From assembly GCA_963816395.1 (NCBI GenBank), contig CAWFKQ010000011.1, positions 1 to 26,457 of the forward strand: a stretch of DNA of 26,457 nucleotides, written 5' to 3'. This document shows positions 1 to 11,350 of the stretch, in pieces; within the stretch, counting starts at the first letter, position 1, and each line of letters starts with the position of its first letter. Origin of the DNA: an uncultured delta proteobacterium (GTDB lineage Bacteria; Desulfobacterota; Desulfuromonadia; Desulfuromonadales; JACZKF01). The translations under genes were made by a program, and so were the position numbers. The notes under the pieces are model-generated. The model searched no databases. It worked only from the letters and a program-made list of their open reading frames with translations, and had not been told where the DNA came from.

Positions 1-180
1 CTGCACCCCCTGCGGCGTTGGCCGCACCTCCCCCCTCCCCGGTCCGGCGGCGCGGCCGCCGTCGCAACCTGACAAAAAAGTAACACTCAAGTCATCTTGC
101 CGTAAACCGTTGCCGTTTATCATCGGTCAGTGCTCTGGGGACTCCCCGGCGGTGTCCCCTTTCCCGATGAAGAGACGGTC

Positions 181-543
181 ATGGGCTCTGTCCTGCTGCT
201 GGTCGAAATCGAAGAAAACCGCTTCCCTTTTCTTCTGCTGATCGACGGTCAACCTCGGTTCAAAGGGGTTTTCTCCGATCAGGACAGTTTTCGGCTCCTG
301 ACCGACCGGCTGCGGGCGCAGGGGCTGGAGACCGCCTATGTCCGGCTGCGGGCGCAGAGTGCCGCAGCCATCAGCCAGGCCTTGCTGTTGGCCCTTTTCT
401 TCGATGGCCGGGACTGGACCGTGGGGCTCGATGCACCCCTTTCTCCTCCCGGTGAAAAGGCGCGCCTGGGCCAGGGGCGCCAGCGGCCGCTGGCGGGGGA
501 GAATCGGGCGGCGGCGCCGCCGGCTCTTCTGCCGGCGAATTGA
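181..543 (+). CDS. Small hypothetical protein (120 aa), weak resemblance to IS110 transposase N-terminal (DEDD/RuvC-like) domain
   Basis: ATG 181 after GAAGAG; host-like codon usage; pattern LLVEIEENRFPFLLLIDG..KGVFSDQDSFRLL..L...G...YVRLRA..LALFFDG..WTV parallels IS110 N-termini as recalled. Confidence 0.5.
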   Translation: MGSVLLLVEIEENRFPFLLLIDGQPRFKGVFSDQDSFRLLTDRLRAQGLETAYVRLRAQSAAAISQALLLALFFDGRDWTVGLDAPLSPPGEKARLGQGRQRPLAGENRAAAPPALLPAN

Positions 544-566
544 TTTTCAGAGAGGTGAAGCATTCG

Positions 567-1532
567 ATGACTACGCAGATCAGGGTGGAACAGTTGCGCA
601 AGGAGTTCGGTTCTCTGGTGGCGGTCGATGGCATTTCGTTCCGCCTCGGAGCGGGTGAAGTCCTCGGCTTCCTTGGCCCGAACGGGGCGGGGAAATCGAC
701 CACGATGAAGATGATCACCGGCTTTCTGCCGCCGACCGCCGGCCGCGCCGAAATCTGCGGCCTGGATGTGCAGCAGCAACCGGTGGCGGCCAAGGCGAAG
801 CTCGGCTACCTGCCGGAAGGAGCGCCCCTCTATCCGGAGATGACGCCGGCCGGGTTGCTTTCCTTCGCCGCCGACGTGCGCGGTCTGACCGGCGATGCCC
901 GGCGCCGGCGCCTTGACGAGGTGGCCGAGCAGGTCAGGATCAAGGACGTCTGGCGGCAGCCGATCGAAACCCTTTCCAAGGGTTTCAAACGGCGGGTGGG
1001 ACTGGCTCAGGCCATTCTCCACGACCCGGAGGTGCTCATTCTCGATGAGCCGACCGACGGTCTCGATCCCAACCAGAAGCAGGAGGTGCGGCAGCTGGTC
1101 CGGCCATGGCCGCCCGCAAGGCGATCATCATCTCCACCCATATTCTCGAAGAGGTGGACGCGGTCTGCAGCCGGGCGCTGATCATCGCCGGCGGCCGCAT
1201 CGTCGCCGACGGCACCCCCGCCGAGCTGGCCGCCCGCTCCCCGCCACCGGGCCGTTTCCCTGCGGGTGCCGGAGGAGCAGGCGATGGAAATCGCCGCCGT
1301 CCTGCGCCGGCTGCCGGGGGTGAGCGGGGTGGAAACGATATCGGCAGCGGCGGGAATGGCGTGTCTGACCGCCCTGCCGGCGGCCGGGGTTTCGCTTTTG
1401 GAAGAGATGAGCGGCCTGCTGCGGGAGAGCCGCTGGCAGATCCGCGAACTGGTGCAGGAACCGGGGCGGCTGGAGGATGTCTTCCGCGCCGTCACCAGCA
1501 GCGCCCAGGCGGCGCAGGGAGGGCTGGCATGA
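567..1532 (+). pseudogene. ABC transporter ATP-binding protein (GldA-like), split by two frameshifts (~1103 and ~1241), possibly sequencing errors
   Basis: RBS GAGGTG 552-557; Walker A GPNGAGKST, signature LSKGFKRR, Walker B ILDEPT; H-loop IIISTHILEEV continues in another frame from 1106; C-terminus RHRAVSLRVPEE..LEDVFRAVT back in the first frame, ending TGA 1532. Confidence 0.85.
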
Positions 1533-2263
1533 AAGCTATCATCGCCATATTCAAGCGGGAAATGGCCGGCTATTTCGCCACCCCGGTGGCTTACGTCTTC
1601 ATCGTCATCTTTCTCATGCTGAGCGGCATCTTCACTTTCTATATCGGCGGTTTCTTCGCCCGCGGCCAGGACGATCTGGCGCCGTTCTTCACCTGGCAGC
1701 CCTGGCTCTACCTCTTCCTGGTGCCGGCCCTCGGCATGCGCCTCTGGTCCGAGGAGCGCCGCAGCGGTACCGTCGAGCTGCTGCTGACCCTGCCGGTATC
1801 GACCGCCGAGGCGGTCTTCGGCAAATTCCTCGCCGCCTGGGGCATGCTCGCCCTGTCCCTGGCGTTGACCTTCCCCATCTGGATCACGGTCAACATTCTG
1901 GGGCATCCCGACAACGGGGTGATTGCCGCCGGCTACCTGGGAAGTCTGCTGCTGGCCGGCGCCTACCTGGCGGTGAGCGCCTGCCTCTCGGCCTGCACCC
2001 GCAATCAGGTGATCGCCTTCGTCCTCTCGGTGGTCGGCTGCTTCGCTTTTCTCCTGGCCGGCTATCCCCTGGTCCTCGACTTCTTCCGTTCCTGGCTGCC
2101 CACGGTGCTACTGGAGGGGATCGCCTCCCTCGGCGTTCTGCACCACTTCGATGCCGTCACCAAGGGGGTGGTTGATGCGCGCGATCTGCTTTTCTTCCTC
2201 TCCTTCATCTCCTTCTGGCTGTTTGCCGGGACCTGGGCCATAACACGCCAGAAAACTGCCTGA
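1529..2263 (+). CDS. ABC-2 type permease (GldF-like)
   Basis: ATGA overlap with ATPase stop; MKAIIAIFKREMAGYFATPVAY, MRLWSEERRSGTVELLLTLP, GKFLA; several hydrophobic helices. Confidence 0.9.
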   Translation: MKAIIAIFKREMAGYFATPVAYVFIVIFLMLSGIFTFYIGGFFARGQDDLAPFFTWQPWLYLFLVPALGMRLWSEERRSGTVELLLTLPVSTAEAVFGKFLAAWGMLALSLALTFPIWITVNILGHPDNGVIAAGYLGSLLLAGAYLAVSACLSACTRNQVIAFVLSVVGCFAFLLAGYPLVLDFFRSWLPTVLLEGIASLGVLHHFDAVTKGVVDARDLLFFLSFISFWLFAGTWAITRQKTA

Positions 2264-2282
2264 AAACCGGAGGGCTACCGAT

Positions 2283-4187
2283 ATGACGCGGAAAAAAATC
2301 TATTCCCTGGGAGGATTGGTGGCGGCGGCGCTCCTCTTCGCCCTGGTCAATCTGGCCGGCGGACCGCTGCTGCGCGGCGCCCGCCTCGACCTGACGGAAA
2401 ATCACCTGCATACCCTCTCACCGGGGACCATCCATATCCTCAAGAATCTGCCGGAGCCGGTCACGCTTCAGCTGTATCTCTCCCGTGCCGAAGCGGACCG
2501 GCACCCGTCGCTCAAGACCTTTGCCGACCGGGTCGGCGACGTGCTGGCGGAATACGCTGCCGAATCCGGCGGCAGGCTCACCCTGGAACGAATCGATCCT
2601 GAGCCCTTCTCGGCCGGCGAGGACGATGCCGTGCGCTACGGCCTGCAAGGGGTACCGGTAGGGGACGGCGAGTCCCTCTATTTCGGCCTGGTCGCCACCA
2701 CTGCCAAGGGGAGCCCGCAGGTGATTCCCCTTTTCCAGCAGAACCGGGAGCGTTTCCTCGAGTACGACCTGACCCAAATGGTGCAGGCGGTTGCCCATCC
2801 GCAAAAGCCGGTGGTCGGCCTGCTGAGTGCCTTGCCGATCAACGGCGGGTTTTCGGCGCAGAGCTACCAGATGCAGCCGCCGTGGATGATCGTCGAGCAA
2901 TTGCGCCGGCAGTTCGACCTGCGCACTTTGCCCGCCGATACCCGGGAGATCCCTGCCGGAACCGACGTGCTCATGGTGGTGCAGCCGCAGATGCTGCCGG
3001 AGACGGCGCTCTACGCAATCGACCAGTTCGTGCTCGCCGGCGGGCGCGCCGTGGTCTTCACCGACCCCCTGGCGGAAACCCTCGGCAGCGAGGCCGCCAA
3101 CCCGGTGCAGGAGACGCCGGCGGCGGATAAGCTGTTGGCGGCCTGGGGGGTGCGGCTGGAACCCGGCGTCATCGGCGACCTGGAGCTGGCGCAGAAGGTG
3201 ACCGCCGGCGGCCCCCTGCGCCCCCAGGTGGTGGATTATCTCCCCTGGCTGGCGGTCGGCCCGGAGCAGATGGACCGGGACGATGTGGTGACCGGCCAAC
3301 TCGGCCAGCTCAACCTGGCCAGCGCCGGCTCCCTGGTGCAGCTGCCGGAGGCGCGCACCGAGATGGTCCCCCTGCTCCGCTCGAGCGACCGGGCGATGCT
3401 CCTCAAACGTGAGCAAGTCGCCTTCTCCCCCGATCCCGGGCGCCTGCTGGCCGATTTCAAGCCTTCCGGCAAGCCTTATATCCTCGCCGCCCGAATCAGC
3501 GGTCCGGCAGCCACCGCTTTCCCCGCTGGACCGCCGGCAGCCGCCGGGGAAAAACCGGACGGCAAGAAAAAAGAGGAGAAAAAAGCTAAGGAGAAGGTTG
3601 CCCAGCCGCAGCTGAAAGAGTCGAAGAAGCCGCTCAACCTGATCGTCGTCGCCGACACCGACCTGCTCGATGACCGCTTCTGGGTGCAGGTCCAGGACCT
3701 CTTCGGGCAGCGGCTGGCGACGCCGATCGCGGCCAACGCCGACTTCGCCCTCAATGCTCTCGACCAGCTCGGCGGCAGCCCGGATCTGATCAGCGTGCGC
3801 AGCCGGGGAAGCTTCGAGCGCCCCTTCACCCTGGTGAATGAAATTCGCCAGAAAGCCGAGGGGCAGTACCAGGCGCGGGAGCAGGAACTGGTCGCCCGCC
3901 TGAAGGAGACGCAGGGCAAGCTGAACCAGCTGCAGCAGAAGCGGCGCGACGCCGGCTCCTCGGCCCTCACCCCGGAGCAGGAGAAGGAGGTCGACAAATT
4001 CCGCAGCGAAATCGTCGGCACGCGCAAGGATCTGCGGGAAGTGCAGTACAACCTGCGCCGGGATATCCTGGGGCTGGAGGCCACTCTCAAAGTTTTCAAC
4101 ATCTTCTTCGTCCCCAGCCTGATCGTCCTGGCGGCCTTCCTCGCCTGGCTATTCCGCCGCCACCGCAGCCGCGGCTACACGGCCTGA
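2283..4187 (+). CDS. GldG-family ABC auxiliary membrane protein
   Basis: RBS GGAGG; N-terminal TM, RLDLTENHLHTLS, IDPEPFS, EYDLT, IDQFVLAGG, coiled coil, C-terminal TM. Confidence 0.88.
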   Translation: MTRKKIYSLGGLVAAALLFALVNLAGGPLLRGARLDLTENHLHTLSPGTIHILKNLPEPVTLQLYLSRAEADRHPSLKTFADRVGDVLAEYAAESGGRLTLERIDPEPFSAGEDDAVRYGLQGVPVGDGESLYFGLVATTAKGSPQVIPLFQQNRERFLEYDLTQMVQAVAHPQKPVVGLLSALPINGGFSAQSYQMQPPWMIVEQLRRQFDLRTLPADTREIPAGTDVLMVVQPQMLPETALYAIDQFVLAGGRAVVFTDPLAETLGSEAANPVQETPAADKLLAAWGVRLEPGVIGDLELAQKVTAGGPLRPQVVDYLPWLAVGPEQMDRDDVVTGQLGQLNLASAGSLVQLPEARTEMVPLLRSSDRAMLLKREQVAFSPDPGRLLADFKPSGKPYILAARISGPAATAFPAGPPAAAGEKPDGKKKEEKKAKEKVAQPQLKESKKPLNLIVVADTDLLDDRFWVQVQDLFGQRLATPIAANADFALNALDQLGGSPDLISVRSRGSFERPFTLVNEIRQKAEGQYQAREQELVARLKETQGKLNQLQQKRRDAGSSALTPEQEKEVDKFRSEIVGTRKDLREVQYNLRRDILGLEATLKVFNIFFVPSLIVLAAFLAWLFRRHRSRGYTA

Positions 4188-4544
4188 ATCGCTTAGAAGA
4201 CGGGATCCCCACCGCCCCCGCGCCTGCGGTTCCGCATAAAGACAGTTCACGAGACGCTCTCGGGACGGCGAAGTGGTGCTCAAAAAAGGTTTTCCGAAGC
4301 GCATCGTGCATATGTGCGGCCCCTGGATTTCACCAGGGGCCGCGCCCGTTTATGGCCCGCAATAATTCTCCTGAATGGATTTATTTGTGGATCGACGACG
4401 ACATTGTTGCCAGAATGGCACAGAAGTGATCAGTCCGTTAAGAGTTGTCCAAGCCCCGGCTATGCCGGAGGCCCTGAAGGTATGTGGCGGCGCTGGGACA
4501 GCACACCGGCGCGCATGAAACCCTCTGCCGGACCTGCTGAGAAT

Positions 4545-5324
4545 ATGAGCGACATTATTTTTAACTGGTCAGAGATCTGCCGCAGCGTGGGGCCCTGTAT
4601 CCGACCGGGAGGCACCGTGCTTACGAAAAGGGCGTTGGAGTTCTGCGCCCTCCCGGCCGGATCCCTAATCGCCGATGTCGGCTGCGGTGCAGGGGGCACC
4701 TTGCAGCACCTGGAACGGGTCGGGCACCATCGGCTGGTGGGATTCGACTATTCGGAAAGGCTCCTCAAGGAGGCGGCTGCCTACCTGGAATCAGCTCGGC
4801 TCATCCAGGGCCTGGCGGAAGCAATCCCCTTCAGGAAAGAAACTTTCGATGCCATTTTTTGCGAATGTGTCCTTTCCATCATCGATGACAAGCCGGCGGT
4901 CCTCGACGGGTTCGCACAGGTCCTGAAAGATGGGGGGGTTCTGGTGATAAGTGACGTCTTCAGGAAGGGCGTTTTCGGGAAGGAAGGACCCGCAGATCAA
5001 CTTCTCACCTCGGGGGAATTACTCGGTTTACTCACAGGACGTGGCTTTACTCCTCTCCTATGGGAGACACACGAACAGCTGCTCAAGGAATTCGCGGTGC
5101 GCATGATATTCGCTGGCGAATGTCTGCCGGATTCGTGGAGATGCGATCAGAGACAAAATGGGGAAAAGACCGGCCACCCAGGAATCGGTTATTTTCTTTT
5201 GGTCGCCCGAAAGGCGGTGCCCGTGGATGTGGGAATGAACAGTCCTGTGAATGACATCTTTTTTGCAAGAGCTGGGGGCCTGATGCAGGGAAGTGGTCGT
5301 CGATCCGGCAGTGGGAAGGGCTGA
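4545..5324 (+). CDS. Class I SAM-dependent methyltransferase (DVU_1556-like); start uncertain
   Basis: IRPGGTVLT, DVGCGAG SAM motif, FDAIFCECVLS, LKDGGVLVISD, GYFLLVARK; the 77 codons upstream of ATG 4545 look non-coding. Confidence 0.8.
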   Translation: MSDIIFNWSEICRSVGPCIRPGGTVLTKRALEFCALPAGSLIADVGCGAGGTLQHLERVGHHRLVGFDYSERLLKEAAAYLESARLIQGLAEAIPFRKETFDAIFCECVLSIIDDKPAVLDGFAQVLKDGGVLVISDVFRKGVFGKEGPADQLLTSGELLGLLTGRGFTPLLWETHEQLLKEFAVRMIFAGECLPDSWRCDQRQNGEKTGHPGIGYFLLVARKAVPVDVGMNSPVNDIFFARAGGLMQGSGRRSGSGKG

Positions 5325-5333
5325 GTAAAATTT

Positions 5334-6749
5334 ATGGAAAAGGCGAATCCGCAGGCAACCGAAAGCCTCTGCCCTGTGTGCCTCAAGAGAATCCCGGCGA
5401 TACGACAATTGTTGGGCGACGAGGTTTTTCAGGTCAAGGAGTGCGAAGAACATGGATCCTTCAGGACTCTCATATGGCACGGCGAGCCGTCCATGGCCGA
5501 ATGGCAGCGGCCGAAGGCACCTGTCCATCCGGAACTCTGCTACGGAACCGCAGACCAGGGCTGCCCTTTCGACTGCGGCCTCTGCAGCGGCCATGAACAG
5601 CTTCCCTGCTCCGTTCTGCTGGAAGTAACCGACCGGTGCAACCTGCAATGCGCCGTCTGTTTTGCCGATTCCGGCCAAAGGGAAACAGAGGATCCGTCCT
5701 TGGAGAAGATCGCCTGGCTGCTGGAGCGGGCCATGGCTGCAGCAGGTCCCTGCAACCTTCAGTTATCAGGCGGGGAACCCACGCTGCGGGACGACCTTCC
5801 GCAGATCGTCGAAGCGGCCCGGCGGATTGGCTTTTCCTTCATTCAGGTCAATACCAATGGTCTCCGCCTTGCCACGGACAGAGACTACGCCTATCGGCTG
5901 CAGGCGGCAGGCCTTTCGTCGGTCTTCCTCCAGTTCGACGGCGTTGACGATGGGATTTACCGTACCTTGCGGGGCAGGGCGCTCCTCGCGCAGAAGCTCA
6001 GGGCCGTCAGACATGCGGGGGAGGCAGGTATCGGCGTCGTCCTGGTCCCTACCCTCGTCAAGGGGGTGAATACCGACGCCATCGGGGCCATTGTACGACA
6101 GGCCCTGCAACTGGCTCCCACGGTACGGGGCATCCATTTTCAGCCGGTAAGTTATTTCGGTCGCTTCCCTGCGCGGAACGGCGGCGGCGATCGTTTTACC
6201 CTTCCGGAGTTGATGAGATCACTCGAAAGTCAGACGAAAGGGCTGCTCAAGCTGGCGGACTTTTCTCCTCCCGGCGGCGAGCATGCTCACTGTTCCTTTC
6301 ATGCCACGTATATTTATTCAGCTGCCGGGGAACTGCGCCCGCTCGGAACGACTGGCGGCGATAACTGCTGTACGGCGGATTGCGGCGGCGGGATCAGAAA
6401 GACCGTAGAAACCGTGTCGCGTCGCTGGAGGCTGCCATCCGCAGTTTCTTTTTCCAACCGTCCCTCGACTTGGGAACAGACCGCCTGCTGCAGCGGCAGA
6501 CCGGATGCGGTCCGGGCCGAAGGCCCTCTCGACCTGGATTTTTTTCTCCAGGCTGTCGCCACCAGGAGCTTTACGCTATCCGCCATGGCCTTTCAGGATG
6601 CCGACAACCTGGACCTTGAGCGGCTGAGGGGTTGCTGCATTGCAGTCATCTCCGCCGATGGCGGGTTGGTCCCGTTCTGTGCTTACAACCTTACCAGCAG
6701 GGAAGGAAGAAGCCTCTACCGCAGCCATCATCGCCGGCAGGTCGGCTGA
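5334..6749 (+). CDS. Radical SAM protein (TrsS/DVU_1554-like, Cys-rich)
   Basis: CNLQCAVC radical SAM motif, LSGGEPT, NTNG; N-terminal CPVC..C..H and CPFDCGLC..H clusters; C-terminal RLRGCCI..VPFCAYN. Confidence 0.88.
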   Translation: MEKANPQATESLCPVCLKRIPAIRQLLGDEVFQVKECEEHGSFRTLIWHGEPSMAEWQRPKAPVHPELCYGTADQGCPFDCGLCSGHEQLPCSVLLEVTDRCNLQCAVCFADSGQRETEDPSLEKIAWLLERAMAAAGPCNLQLSGGEPTLRDDLPQIVEAARRIGFSFIQVNTNGLRLATDRDYAYRLQAAGLSSVFLQFDGVDDGIYRTLRGRALLAQKLRAVRHAGEAGIGVVLVPTLVKGVNTDAIGAIVRQALQLAPTVRGIHFQPVSYFGRFPARNGGGDRFTLPELMRSLESQTKGLLKLADFSPPGGEHAHCSFHATYIYSAAGELRPLGTTGGDNCCTADCGGGIRKTVETVSRRWRLPSAVSFSNRPSTWEQTACCSGRPDAVRAEGPLDLDFFLQAVATRSFTLSAMAFQDADNLDLERLRGCCIAVISADGGLVPFCAYNLTSREGRSLYRSHHRRQVG

Positions 6750-6759
6750 AAACAGCAGC

Positions 6760-6784
6760 AGGGGAGCTGTTTGCCGCCCCTTTT
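6760..6784. terminator. Imperfect hairpin between convergent radical SAM and uup genes
   Basis: AGGGG...CCCCT followed by TTT; inner stem imperfect. Confidence 0.35.
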
Positions 6785-6807
6785 CGTGAATCGGAATCGC
6801 TCGCCGA

Positions 6808-8691
<1,884 letters not shown>

Positions 8692-8822
8692 ATTTCTGAA
8701 TTCCTGTCCTTGGAAAATTTCCTGACCCTGAGCTTTCGGTCCTCTCAGGTGAGGAATTATGGCAAAAAAGGAGCGACAAGGAAAGGGGATCGGGTCGTCT
8801 GTCGTTTGGGAATCGGCACTAT

Positions 8823-10409
8823 TCAGGAGACTGCGGAAACTTTGTTCTTGCAGGGGATCTGCACGGTAACCGTTGTCCCCTGGTTGCCGGTTTCGAATTC
8901 AATTCTTCCTTCCACAGCGCTCACCAGCTTGTGCACGTTATAGAGCCCCATTCCCTGGCCGTGCTTCTTCGTGGTGACGCCCTCCCGACAAAGAGAGTGG
9001 CGGACCTCCGGCGGAATCCCGCCCCCGGAATCCTGTACGGTGATGGTGAGAACGGTTTCGGTCTGGGTAATCTTGATCTCGACCATTCGCTGCGCGGGCT
9101 CCTGGCCAGAGACCGCATCGAAGGCATTCTCGATGAGATTGCCGATCACCACGACCAGGGCATTGCCGTCCAGGTTGCGCGGAATGAAATGGAGGGCGCA
9201 TTCCTTGTGAATACCGAAATTGATATTGCGTTCTTCGGCCTCGCTGGCCTTGCCGGCGAGAAGACCGGCGATGGCGGTGTGCTGAATGTTGTTGATGAGG
9301 AAGCCGAGAAGGATCTGCTCGTAGTTGGTCACGTCGGTAATGTAGCGACGAGCCTCGTCGTAGGAACCCAGCTGGATAAGCCCGCTGATCACGTGGAGTT
9401 TGTTCTGGAACTCGTGCGTGCGAGCCCGCAGGGCCGAGATGATTTTCTTGACGCCGGTAAGATCCTCGGCAAGTCTGCTCATTTCATCCAGCGGTCGGAA
9501 GGTCGAAACGGCGCCGATAACCCGGCCGCCGACGATCATCGGCAGCCGGTTGGTCAGGACGGCCTGGCCATTGACGTTCAGGGTGTTGTTGTACTCGGCC
9601 TGCCGCGTTTCCAGAACCCTTGGCAGTTGCGAATTGGGGATCAGCTCCCGGATTTCCCGGCCGACCCACTGGCTGCCGACCCCGATGATTTCCTTGGCGG
9701 CCTGATTGACCACCCGAACCCGGCGTTGGCAATCGATGACCACAATCCCCTCCCGGATGTTTTCCAATGTGGTTTCCCTCTCCTTGAGGAGAGTGGCAAT
9801 CTCGATCGGTTCCATCCCGAAAATCGTCTTCTTGATGTTCTGCGTCAACAGCAGAGATACCCCGAGGATGGCCAGAAGACCGACGGGAATGAGCACATAG
9901 ATGATCGGGTAGACCCGATCGCGGATCTCGGAAATCTGCGGTTCCCATAAGCCGACGGCGACCGCCCCCCGCTGCACTCCGTTCCGGTCGTAGATGGGCG
10001 CAAATCCCCTGATGGATGGCCCGGAAATCCCCACTGTCTTCGAACTGTAGGCCTTTCCCCGCAGGGCCGGGTCTTCATCCCCGCCGGTAAATTTCTTGCC
10101 GATAAGCAAAGTATTCGGATGGCTGAAGCGGATGCTGTGCATGTCCATAAAAACGGCAAAAACGGCATCTGTCGTATCCAGAACCGTTTTTGCGAGGCGC
10201 TGCAACTCCTCGGCGTCCGGTGGAATTTCCGAGTAGGCCTGTATCACCTCAGGGTTGGCGGCGGTGAGCCGGGCCAGACCGAGGGCATGGGAGGCGATTC
10301 GTTCTTCAAAGCTGGTTCGGAATGAAATGAAGATGATGCTGATGGCGGCTATCAGAGTTACCAACCCGCTCACCGCCGTCGCCAGAAAAATCTTGTTCCG
10401 GAGAGACAT
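8823..10409 (-). CDS. CitA/DcuS/MalK-family sensor histidine kinase (start could be 10448 or 10451)
   Basis: TM - Cache (RFSHP..IGKKFTGGDE..SIRGFAPI) - TM - PAS - H-box LRARTHEFQNKLH - GNLIENAFDA, DSGGGI, GMGL. Confidence 0.92.
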   Translation of the reverse strand: MSLRNKIFLATAVSGLVTLIAAISIIFISFRTSFEERIASHALGLARLTAANPEVIQAYSEIPPDAEELQRLAKTVLDTTDAVFAVFMDMHSIRFSHPNTLLIGKKFTGGDEDPALRGKAYSSKTVGISGPSIRGFAPIYDRNGVQRGAVAVGLWEPQISEIRDRVYPIIYVLIPVGLLAILGVSLLLTQNIKKTIFGMEPIEIATLLKERETTLENIREGIVVIDCQRRVRVVNQAAKEIIGVGSQWVGREIRELIPNSQLPRVLETRQAEYNNTLNVNGQAVLTNRLPMIVGGRVIGAVSTFRPLDEMSRLAEDLTGVKKIISALRARTHEFQNKLHVISGLIQLGSYDEARRYITDVTNYEQILLGFLINNIQHTAIAGLLAGKASEAEERNINFGIHKECALHFIPRNLDGNALVVVIGNLIENAFDAVSGQEPAQRMVEIKITQTETVLTITVQDSGGGIPPEVRHSLCREGVTTKKHGQGMGLYNVHKLVSAVEGRIEFETGNQGTTVTVQIPCKNKVSAVS

Positions 10410-10548
10410 TCCATCCCAGGGAGGATTCTGCGGAAAAGGTTCAGGCATCATCAGAAGCACCGGATCTTGAAAAGCTGCAGAGAAGGGTTGGGCAGGCAGG
10501 GGGAAAGCAGCCCTATGGTGCCAAACGGCTCCAGGGTTGAGGGCGTAC

Positions 10549-11244
10549 TCAGAGTTTTACCGGATTGATGTAGTAAAGCCTTCTCGGCCGCCCAATGGAT
10601 CCGTAAGTCTGTTCCACGTTAGCCATTTTTCGCTCAATAAGATATTCGAGGTAGCGCCACACCGTAATCTTGGACATGGACAGCCCTTCGGCAATTTCAT
10701 CGGAGGGCAGCGGTTGCTGCTGTTTGATCAGGAATGACGTAACCTGGTCCAGAGTGAGGGGATGGATACCTTTGGGCAGCTGCGCCTTTTCGCTGGGGGA
10801 TGAGGACTCCTTTACCCCGATGTCGTCGATGTCGGTCTGGCTCACCTCGTGTTCCCCGGCCAAAAGGGAGCGCAGCTTTCGATAGTTGCTCAGGGAAGTT
10901 TCCAGTCGCTCGAGATCAAAGGGTTTGATGATATAGTCGATCGCCCCCAGGCGCAGGCACTGGTAAATCGTTCTGGAATCATTGGCCGCGGTTATCAGAA
11001 TGACATCGACCGGCAGTTCCCCCTGACGAAGATCCTGCAGAATCTTTACGCCATTGCCATAGGGAAGAAACACATCCAGCAGGACCAGGTCAGGTTCGGC
11101 TGCCCGAATGCGCTCCAGGGCATCCCGCTCCCCACTGATCACCCCAACAACCTTGAAGGAGGCCACCTTTTCGACCAGCCGCCGGTTGATGCTGGCCACC
11201 ATGGGATCGTCTTCTACAATCATGACGCGCACAGCTGTGTTCAT
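10549..11244 (-). CDS. CitB/DcuR-family response regulator
   Basis: IVEDDPMV, LLDVFLP, DYIIKPF receiver; LPKGIHPLTL..SKITVWRYLEYL..YGSIGRP HTH typical of CitB. Confidence 0.93.
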   Translation of the reverse strand: MNTAVRVMIVEDDPMVASINRRLVEKVASFKVVGVISGERDALERIRAAEPDLVLLDVFLPYGNGVKILQDLRQGELPVDVILITAANDSRTIYQCLRLGAIDYIIKPFDLERLETSLSNYRKLRSLLAGEHEVSQTDIDDIGVKESSSPSEKAQLPKGIHPLTLDQVTSFLIKQQQPLPSDEIAEGLSMSKITVWRYLEYLIERKMANVEQTYGSIGRPRRLYYINPVKL

Positions 11245-11350
11245 TTGCCGCTGCTATTGCCCTTTCTGCCTTCGCAGGATAATCCGTTTATATAGACCAA
11301 CCATCTTAGATTTTTGCCGCATCCCGGTAAAGGGAAACTTTCCCTGTCGC

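Noticed and set aside
1106..2263. 385-aa apparent ATPase-fragment/permease fusion
   Set aside because: Product of the frameshifts; the linker is out-of-frame Gly/Arg-rich sequence and the permease has its own ATG at 1529
4314..4544. N-terminal extension of the methyltransferase, or a Moco riboswitch in this region
   Set aside because: No protein-like motifs or RBS; the CCUCCC..GAAAGG element I expect for Moco RNA is absent
5334..6749. Selenocysteine recoding in the radical SAM gene
   Set aside because: No internal TGA; terminal TGA follows a non-conserved-looking tail
10505..10526. Sigma54-like TTGGCAC upstream of the kinase (minus strand)
   Set aside because: No GC at the required GG-N10 spacing
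11331..11345. Palindrome AGGGAAA-C-TTTCCCT after tctA
   Set aside because: Single short instance, loop too small and no U-tail; function cannot be supported
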